The notes under the pieces are model-generated. The model saw only the letters and a program-made list of their open reading frames with translations, did no database searches and was not told the DNA's origin. 64,000 nucleotides of DNA from NCBI GenBank assembly GCA_903813345.2, contig CAIIXF020000001.1, positions 13,268,001 to 13,332,000 on the forward strand, in the 5' to 3' direction. This DNA comes from Owenia fusiformis. Taxonomy: Eukaryota. The first letter of the stretch is position 1. The number at the start of each line of letters is the position of its first letter. Of this stretch, positions 57,201 to 64,000 are shown one piece after another. A program made the position numbers and the translations under genes.

Positions 57201-60149
57201 TCTGGTTGGTTAACAAGAACGGCTCGATGTATCGGAAGCATTTTGGCGTTATCCATTGTATGCAACACTTTCGAGATTTTGTCCTGTTGGGACTCTATCA
57301 GAAGTTTAACCAAATTCATACAACCAAGAGTACATGCTAGGTGAACCGGCGTTGCACCATCTCCCTGGATAAAATATAGAAAGATGAGTACTATAAATGT
57401 ACTATAAATCCCACATACTGTTGTCCTTTGTGATCCATGATGTCATTTTAGATTATATGTGATGTAATGCCATAAAAACATTTATGCTGATCTAGAGTCA
57501 TATCAATAACTATAAAAGGTGGATACAAGAATCATTCAGGCATTTCTGCATACCTGCTTATCGGTTTGATCTTAAATGATAAAAAGTCAGATCTTGGAAA
57601 TACAGTTTTAATCCAAGATGAATATAAGTTACCTGTTGGGCATCAATTGCTGCTCCAGCCATCAGGCAGACAGACACGGCGTTTATATCAGCGCTGTTGA
57701 CAGCCGAGTGCAATGGATGATTATTCTCCTTATCCATCATGTTCAACAGGTCCTGTTTTGTATGTCCAGTGAGTTCATTGCTCTCTGGAATGACATTTTA
57801 TGAATTGAACATAAGGTTTGTTATATTTGCTTACAAGATCTACCCAAAAAATAAATCCAATTTGTAGTACTACATGTTTTCTTGCTGACAACATTGAAGT
57901 CGGATGGAGACATGTTTTTTTTGTAATCGCATTTTCTAATTGAACGATGCATCTCAAATCAACCTTTCTAAGGTAATGCTAAAACATGAAAAATGTGCAG
58001 GTATCATGGCAAATTGTAAATGTCAATATGTAATTTCCTAAGAGTGCTTTAATTATATCTCGATCGCAGAGTGTTTTATGACGTTTACCAAACCTCTCTA
58101 AAGCAAGCAAGGGCTTGATATCTTGTCGAATCGCTTCCAAACAATTTACACACTTTTCAGGAAAACTTCTTACCAAACATTATTGACAATACATCAGCGG
58201 AGCCCACTTTTGCAGCAACGTTTATGGGACTGCAACCATTCGCTGTTACTTGGGATATATTCGCTCCGTGTTGTATCTTGAAAAGAATTATTGAAATATT
58301 TCCTTTGCAAGAGACTCATTGTGATTTCTCATTGATCGAATTTGTGGAATACGTACAATACAAGTCTCGATCACCAAGTGATTGTAAGATCTCTTTAGAA
58401 CACTACGTGGTGATTTGTAAAATAAATACTAACCAAACATCTTGCGATTTGCGCGTCGTTATGTTGGGCTGCAATATAGAGAGGTGTTTCCAGATCTGGG
58501 CGTGTCGTTTGATCCACATCAACAATTCCTTCTTTGAGAATGAACTAAGAACGAAAACAACGTTTGGATGATAAAAATATTTTCATAATTGCTTTAAACA
58601 AGTAAATGATTTTGCAAAATGGTTTTAAATGAATGATATGCACACGAAAAAATTAGATAAACAGTTATACAGGGTGTCCCGAAAGTATGCCCCCCCCCCA
58701 TCCCTAGGCAGACATATACCAGTGTCTTCATAGTATGTGTCATATTTCATCTTAAACCTATCCAAAGTTACATTGATTCGCTAAGAGTTGAAACATGATA
58801 CTTGGCAAATCAATGTAACCTTGGATAAGCTTTAAAATGATATATGACACATACTGTGACAAAACTGGTATATGTCTGCCTAGGGGGAGCATATTTTCGG
58901 GACACCCTGTATTTTCTCGTGACATACTTCCACAATTTCTAAATTCCCATGCTTTGTAGCTGTGTGTATTGGTGCCAATCCGTCCTTATTCAAATCAGTT
59001 TTCGAAACAGTTTTTAGTTGGTTAAGAATAAACTTCACACATTCAATGTGCCCATTTTCTACCGCCAGATGTAATATGTTGTTTCCGTGTTTGTCACAGC
59101 CATTCACATCTTAAAGAACAATGAATGGTTTACATGTACTGTTTTGTACACAGCTGTACATGTACAAACAACGAACGAAAAGATGACCTCCGAAAATCGA
59201 CCAATTTCAATTTCAACGAAGAAATGTTTTATCATTTTAGACCTAAAAAATGTGACAATGGTAGGTTCGTGGATTAGCTTTTTCATAATAAGCTTCTGAA
59301 AATATCATGACGTTTGTTTTCATCATATGAAAATTGGAGGCGTCGTTAATTTTACAGCAATAATATTATATTTTCTATATCTTTTGATAAAATGATGAAT
59401 GATTTTTGGTATTCATAACAACTTCCATTAATGCAAGTAATAACTGGGATATAGCTTGTTGCAAGTGTTCACTTTTTGGACCACTCTGTACATAACTTAA
59501 TTTTGTAATAAGTCTCCATCCCCTCCCAAACTATAACATTTATAATATAACTATAGTATTGTTAAAGACAAGTTCAACAACAATCTTTGGCATTTTTCAT
59601 TTAGGCAGAATCTGATCTATAGGGGGTGACAAAATTACAAGCAACATGTATAACTGACCTACCAATCTATTCCTTTCAATATCAAATTCAATATATCCCA
59701 AAAGATTCACAACATGTTATAAATTGGTGAAGTTTTTAATGGTTCAAAGTGCAAAAATGAGTGAAAAATGTTTTAATTCTCCCAAAAAATAAGAATGGTA
59801 ACCATTCTTATAGAAAAATAATACATTATTGTAAAAATCTTTAGTTTTCCTGGAATAAAGTATGCACTTTTGTGATTTTTAGAAAATAGACATGACAAGG
59901 AATGACATGAGACAAAAATATTCTAAAATTGAAACAATTTTTTGTTCAGCCTGCTCGCTATACTGATTCTCTCTTTAACTTACCAAAATGTGATAGAAAT
60001 TCCACGACAAACATCCTAAGAACTTCGAGACTCCCATTTTCGGCCGCAACATGGTGGACGCCTCTTCCATCACCATCCTTGTACCTCAACAGACTGAAGT
60101 CTGATTGGATCAGTTGCCTTGCACTTACAACGGTATTGTTTGTAATGAA
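27205..60149 (-). CDS. TRPA1: TRPA1-like transient receptor potential channel (ankyrin repeats + 6TM + C-terminal coiled coil), 5' end not found
   Basis: Exons (minus): 60149-59984, 59109-58928, 58544-58434, 58276-58174, 57784-57633, 57364-57176, 55772-55566, 55381-55212, 55058-54894, 54654-54537, 54087-53921, 53655-53571, 53409-53362, 52722-52633, 52365-52295, 52192-52009 (S1), 51380-51291 (S2), 50496-50327 (S3-S4), 49812-49683 (S5), 45534-45340 (pore, S6), 30390-30322 (S6 end/TRP-like), 28452-28351, 27995-27880, 27421-27205 (stop); phases consistent. About 15 ankyrin repeats (TPLH-type). TRPA1 hallmarks: TPLHFAARYGRLNTC, IEYDF, LSHPLCLQYLKYKW, GIYVVMFLEILKTL, PIILMNLLIGLAIGDI, LILQKMEI. The symbol denotes family; it may be a paralogue. 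Confidence 0.93.
29304..29792. repeat. Two copies of a ~90-bp hairpin unit flanking a dispersed repeat
   Basis: gtattgcta(t/c)tgagattgtcccc...ggggacattctcagtagcaatac at 29304-29394 and 29703-29791. The intervening 29532-29705 matches 60362-60549. Confidence 0.75.
30081..30109. mobile_element. 15-bp TIR remnant with 7-bp direct repeats (probable P-like excision footprint)
   Basis: tttgtag|catagaaagcccatg|tttgtag; same terminal sequence as the 26306-26332 insert. Confidence 0.65.
31372..31544. mobile_element. hAT-like MITE
   Basis: caggggcggatccagg ... tctagatccgctggtg termini with internal G/C runs; TSD not clear. Confidence 0.6.
33309..38512 (+). CDS. Class A (rhodopsin-like) GPCR, peptide-receptor-like, nested antisense in a TRPA1 intron
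   Basis: Main exon 37244-38512 (acceptor ttttcag, frame open from its first base; N-terminal NSS/NLS/NET sequons). 7TM motifs: GVIGN, LSASDL, IERY, LVPF, FVLLNLPYF, NFCSNFFLY. Candidate first coding exon 33309-33356 (MENFFSTNDATAESLK|gtaagt, phase 0, joins in frame) is less certain than the main exon. Confidence 0.9.
33523..33968. mobile_element. Non-autonomous element with internal ~170-bp tandem duplication (Helentron-associated/HINE-like)
   Basis: Two internal copies of ttaacattta..cagaatg..taatcagttctaaac..aaacctgtagacaag, then a (ccgc)n tract and tatagcaccttagggtataaaa. tataaaacactttttttcgcgatacggg occurs at both ends. Confidence 0.5.
36610..37229. mobile_element. Tc1/mariner-type MITE
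   Basis: TA|caggttgtcaattaaatccc...tggtacctagtgtgatataccattggaaag ... ctttccaatgatatgtcacacttggtacca...gggacttatttgacaccctg|TA. Confidence 0.85.
38699..38836 (+). mobile_element. Partial solo LTR carrying a tRNA-like sequence (relative of 43983-44386)
   Basis: tgtaacgac-agcaagttgctactacggcc...tagctcagttggtagagc (A box)...ggttcgac (B box)...cttgttaca aligns with the LTR at 43983-44352. Confidence 0.7.
38908..39927. mobile_element. TTAA-flanked non-autonomous DNA transposon (Kolobok-like)
   Basis: ttaa|aggaatattccttgcca...atggtagctataa ... ttatagctaccatat...tggcaaggaatattcct|ttaa; ~80-bp imperfect TIRs. Confidence 0.88.
39944..40083. mobile_element. PIF/Harbinger (Tourist-like) MITE
   Basis: tta|tgcttgggtcacatttgctc ... 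gagcaaatgtgaccaaagca|tta; 3-bp TTA duplication. Confidence 0.8.
40529..41121. repeat. Tandem repeat, ~119-bp unit x5
   Basis: cttcattttcttcatttccccctatcaaggtaattatcccaaagtcccatcgagtgcctg... starts at 40529, 40648, 40771, 40890, 40996. Confidence 0.95.
43235..43373. repeat. ~140-bp near-perfect palindrome
   Basis: actagtttcgaatacacccc..aggtctaggcacaaa / tttgtgcctagacct..ggggtgtattcgaaactagt. A related short hairpin ttagacctagcc...ggctaggtctaa lies at 42349-42408. Confidence 0.85.
43820..44386 (+). mobile_element. TRIM-type non-autonomous LTR retrotransposon remnant with tRNA-like sequence in the LTR
   Basis: 5' LTR end ...gggtcattaca (43864), PBS tggtgtcagatgtgggat (43866-43883), ~118-bp internal region, PPT aaagggggagatag, 3' LTR start tgtaacgaccc (43983). 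A/B-box tRNA-like tract at ~44241-44310. 44360-44386 repeats 43823-43850. Confidence 0.75.
43996..44197. mobile_element. MITE nested in the 3' LTR (PIF/Harbinger-like termini)
   Basis: aggccgtttctcgaaagtt ... aagtttcgagaaacggcct; absent from the related LTR at 38699. Confidence 0.75.
46553..46652. mobile_element. 100-bp MITE with TAG...CTA termini and perfect 9-bp TSD (Academ- or Mutator-like)
   Basis: gggtataca|tagtcttgcttaaaagac ... gtctttgagcaagacta|gggtataca. Confidence 0.85.
47553..48343. mobile_element. Tc1/mariner-type non-autonomous element (CACTCCCCTCC family, long form)
   Basis: cattcccctccatacgtttggcaacctt ... aaacttatggaggggagtg|TA; ends match 26218-26571. Confidence 0.82.
50528..50936. 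mobile_element. Bipartite palindromic non-autonomous element, copy B
   Basis: gggttatgtactgggaggttttggata...tatccaaaccgaccgtacataact hairpin (50528-50669), then tttatcatataccaagt...acttgacataggataaa enclosing gcggga(a)gatatg x4. Confidence 0.75.
53182..53347. mobile_element. hAT-like MITE (degenerate)
   Basis: catccccgtagcca ... tggctacgggccta termini. A similar degenerate element lies at ~55801-55999. Confidence 0.5.
56076..56985 (-). mobile_element. Internally deleted Tc1/mariner-superfamily transposon with transposase pseudogene (rosa/maT-like motifs)
   Basis: TA|cagggtgaccaaaaaagtg ... cactttttttctggtcactctg|TA with ~100-bp TIRs. Minus-strand fragments WFSEAHF..GNVNSKN, GKIGPYFFED..VTVNTEQY, WFQQDGAT, with frameshifts, stops and loss of the first catalytic D. 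Confidence 0.9.
58670..58909. mobile_element. Tc1/mariner-type MITE
   Basis: TA|cagggtgtcccgaaagtatg...cctaggcagacatataccagt ... actggtatatgtctgcctagg...ttcgggacaccctg|TA; almost fully palindromic. Confidence 0.92.
59603..59974. mobile_element. Kolobok-like MITE, copy 1
   Basis: aggcagaatc ... gattctctct|ttaa; reverse complement of 61389-61757. Confidence 0.85.
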
Positions 60150-60586
60150 CTAAAATGAAAGAACACTGTGTTGGCATATAAATGAGAGAATCGACATTAG
60201 ACTAATTGAGGCTATTCGCTTTACCCCCAGTCACACCAAACTCGTTCTTGAAACATGTTGCCGAATGGCTAAGACTGTGTGCGAACGGTTTTAGATTTAG
60301 TTCGAACTTCTTACGATATTTCGAGGTTGCACAAAAGCTTCTGACAGCTCAGACAGGATCGCTCTACTATACCTTGCATTTAGTATTCATTAGCAACCCA
60401 TTTGGCTTATTAGTATTGATAATATTATTTCAATGTTTTTTATTTGTCTTTTCCTTATTAATGGTTAATCGGATGACTGTTGAATGTTAATACGTATAAT
60501 AAGGTACTTTCAAAAATATACTAAACAATTCAATTAGACAAACTGAGTATCTTATGCATCTCTAGAGGTTAGGTGTAGTAGAGTAA

Positions 60587-61166
60587 CCCTACTATCACAC
60601 CAAACTAGTTCTCACTACGTTCTCGAAAACGGGCTTAAACTGTGCACGAACGGATTTGACGTACTACGAACACACTAAGAACCGTTTGGGATCTGTTTAC
60701 AAACTTCATGAAACTACTAGAACGAGTAGGTCCTCCAGCACTTAGAGCATGCTCAAAATTTTCTGGTGGTCGTCAAAACGTTTCCGAATCGGTTTTAAAC
60801 TGTGTGCGAACTGAATGAACGTAGCTTCTACGTTCTACGGTCTGTTTACGAACTTCATGGACTTTCCCGGACGGGGTATGTGATTTAGAATTTTGAATCG
60901 ATTCAAAATTCGATGGCGACCATACCGTTCTACAATCAGGTCATGATGACCTTCTAGACTAAGGGACGGTTTATACTACGTTGCACACCGACGTGGTGCG
61001 ACCTGAACGAACTGCGAACGAGATGGACGTATTGAAGACTGTTTATGAACGAAGTAGCTAATTATTTTAGACATATATCCCGACCGCAGCCAGATTGAGC
61101 CCGTTTTACGACATTTTCGTAGGACTGGCAAGAACGGGTAAGAACTAGTTTGGTGTGATAGGGGGG
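60587..61166. mobile_element. PIF/Harbinger-like non-autonomous element
   Basis: taa|ccctactatcacaccaaactagttct ... agaactagtttggtgtgatagggggg|taa. An orphan related left end lies at ~60224. Confidence 0.85.
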
Positions 61167-61388
61167 TAAGGAAGGCGCTCCAGCCTGCTCATTTCGTTCT
61201 GGGGCTAGACCAAGTGACATCGTACTTTAAACGAATGGCTTACTACTGTACTACATTGTTACCGTACTTCGATCGTTTGAGGGACGTGATATGAGGCAGA
61301 ACGAGTCAAATGCAAGAACTAGTTTAAACTGACTACGGGCTGGTTTGAACTGCTTAGAAACTGGGATAAACCTGAATGTCAAACTTAA

Positions 61389-61757
61389 AGAGAGAATCAG
61401 ATATAGCAAGCAGGCTCAACAAAAAATGTTTCAATTTTAGAATATTTTTTGCTCATGTCATTCCTTGTCATGTCTATTTTCTAAAGATCACAAAAGTGCA
61501 TACTTTATTCCAGGAAAACTAAAGATTTTTACAATAATAAATTATTTTTCTTTAATAATGGTAACCATTCTTATTATTTGGGAGAATTTAAACATTTTCA
61601 CTCATTTTTGCACTTTGAATCATTAATAACTTCACCAATTTATAACAAATTGTGAATCTTTTGAGATATTGTATTTGATATTGTAAGAAGTAGATTGGTA
61701 GGTCAATTATACATGTTGCTTGTAATTTTGTCACCCCTTATAGATCAGATTCTGCCT
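61389..61757. mobile_element. Kolobok-like MITE, copy 2 (inverted relative to copy 1)
   Basis: ttaa|agagagaatc ... gattctgcct|ttaa. Confidence 0.88.
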
Positions 61758-61764
61758 TTAACTA

Positions 61765-62098
61765 CAAGGCCCAAAATATTTTTGGATTGCTTTCACATAT
61801 ATTATCATTAATATGACATATCTACCCATTTTTTAAACAATTTTGTTAAATTTGATGAGCTGACTCGTTTATTGATTAATTTTAGAAAGGACAGATTTTC
61901 TAATTTACATTTTTGAGTGAATTTGTGTCAGAGCATGCGTCCGCGGAAAATAAGATATCTCTTAATTTCCAAGTTGTTGATGCTACACAAACATACCGAT
62001 CTTTCTTCCATTGAACACTCTATCTACACATTATAAAAATCATGAAGATTCCTTCATTATTGAGAGTTATTCCAAAAATAGAGGCTTGGGTCACCCTG
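61765..62098. mobile_element. Degenerate Tc1/mariner-type MITE
   Basis: Clear right end ccaaaaatagaggcttgggtcaccctg|TA; eroded left end ta|caaggcccaaaatatttttgga. Confidence 0.4.
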
Positions 62099-64000
62099 TA
62101 GTTTTCCCTAAAAGTTCTTGAAAATTTCGCCGAACATGCTAAATTGTACTTGGTGCAAACGGATTAGGCGAAGTTGCAACGTTTTATGGTATTTTTAATT
62201 ATGGATTTAATTTGCTTGGGCGGGATGGCGCTCCAAAACACCAACCATTTCAAAATGTTGATAGCGTCCATCCCCGTTTTGACAACCCAAAGCTAAGAAA
62301 CCTTCTTTTACCATTTCCTCACACGACATTTTATGCTAAGAGTCATAAATGGTGAAAGCCATACCTATCAATTATTCTAGAGTTAGTTCTTATATGAGCA
62401 TAAAACTAGATCTTGACTGATAATTCCGTACAAATTGGTAAATGTCTTTTGATAAAGGTTGAAGCCTTGCAATATCATTATAATAAACAATAATGGCTCA
62501 TTGTTCTTTTATGCGTCCGGAAACAATACACCGCAATAATGAATTTATCATGTTTAGGGAAATTAAAAAGGAATTGCAACATCAATACGTAGATTAATGA
62601 GATGGTGTTAACGTTGTAGTTTATATACTCTGGCGTCTTCTGGGGGAGGACATAGCCCTTTTTGATATTAGATTCGTTTCTTTGTTAAATGTTCAATGCA
62701 ATGCCTTACCAATACCCGGGAATTTATCGGTTCGTCCAGTACTTGTTTGTGATAGCGCCCTCTGTAGGTCACTATGCTTATAGCCTACAGTAATACGGGG
62801 TAGGATATCGGGAATTCGGTCAGTTTCTATCCGTCGATTTCGCTATGAATTGAAGCAAGTGTGACCACTTTATCCACTTAAACAATTTGATAATTGATTA
62901 AATCTTTAAACAAAATCGATAAACACGTTATACACTTCCTATCTCCTTAGAAATTAGCATGTATTTATGGATTGTGTTTTCGAACAAGGCTCGACCCACC
63001 CCAATAGGGAAATCCTTATGCTAATTAGTATGACGTCATATTTTCCTGGGGAATCCTAGATTTCAAGGCCTCAGTCTGTTATTGTGTCAAATGTAAACGC
63101 TCTTGGGACGCTCTTTTGCAGACAGAAAATTGACAGATTAGCTTTTAACTTTCAGCTTTGATGTTTAAATATTCTGTATTTCTACCGGACTTCTTGCTGA
63201 ATATCATATATGTTATAACTTGATTTGGATCATTGCCTGATTGATCATTCTGAAATTTTGATTGTGATTCATGATTGATTGGCAAGAAAAATAATTCCTA
63301 TTGTTTTCCAGCGAAGTCAAAATGTTACAGCATGAGTTATAATGTCGAGTTTGCATCATGTTAAATTCTGCTAGTGATTAGAAGTCCATGCACAAGCATA
63401 CACATAAGAGACAAACACACCCAGGCTCCAGGCCGTGGATGGAAATATAAAACTATTTAAGGCACAAACTGGTATTAATAGACCGATATGTAGTGTCTGC
63501 CATGTATTGAAGGTAAACCAATCTGTATTATTAATGTTTCTTCTATCAATACATGGGTTGTGCAATAGAAAAGCAATGGCACAATCAAAAATGTGCATAT
63601 CAATCGTGAATATCTCTCGGTTCAAAGCTTATTTCCAACAGAATCGTGTCAAAATATGTGTCTGAGTAACAGTTATACATTATAAGATCGCAAACTCTTA
63701 CCAATTATCAGCCGAATGGCTCATTTTCAACGAGATGTCCTTAAGACAACAGCCCTGGGTCGCGCCTGAGACCAAAAACTACTTCAAATAGCCCTCCCCT
63801 AATTATATTGGATAATCACATTTATGCGTGCGCGCGCAGCTCATCCAATGAACGAAACGCCACTTCCCGCTGAAATCACCGGGTATTGATCTTTCCCTTG
63901 GCCTTACCTTGTCAATGCTTATTGTTTGTCGTGGAATGAAATGAAGTTTTGGGGGACATAAACGAAAGCATTGTTTTTGGGTTAATTCGTTTTAAAATTC

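Noticed and set aside
62710-62762. Candidate upstream TRPA1 exon (minus strand, cag|...|gtaagg)
   Set aside because: Its open frame ends in phase 1 while the next exon needs phase 0, and it shows no ankyrin similarity. It could be UTR or chance.
63908-64000. Candidate first TRPA1 exon ending AAG|GTAAGG on the minus strand
   Set aside because: Good donor, but no in-frame ATG or recognisable protein motif within the window; cannot be supported.

Overview
AT-rich eukaryotic (invertebrate animal-type) genomic DNA with GT-AG introns and many small DNA transposons. Four protein-coding genes can be reconstructed by hand. (1) 1333-22419 (+): the 3' part of a maltase-glucoamylase/sucrase-isomaltase-like GH31 gene. 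Its spliced frame runs through at least three tandem GH31 modules, and its 5' end lies before the window. (2) 22911-25878 (-): a 4-exon single-pass mucin-like membrane protein with a PDZ-binding-type C-terminus. (3) 27205-60149 (-): a TRPA1-like ankyrin-repeat channel whose start was not found. Its selectivity-filter motif reads MMLNA instead of MMLGD, and it lacks the counterparts of the electrophile-sensing C621 and C665. (4) 33309-38512 (+): a class A peptide-receptor-like GPCR nested antisense in the 15-kb intron that splits the TRPA1 S6 helix. Introns hold Tc1/mariner, Kolobok-like, PIF/Harbinger-like, hAT-like and Academ-like non-autonomous elements and a decayed Tc1/mariner transposase. 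They also hold a TRIM-type LTR element with a tRNA-like sequence in its LTR, two P-element-type excision footprints, hairpin repeats and minisatellites. Exon borders were read by eye from splice consensus plus frame continuity. Homology calls rest on remembered motifs, not on database searches.
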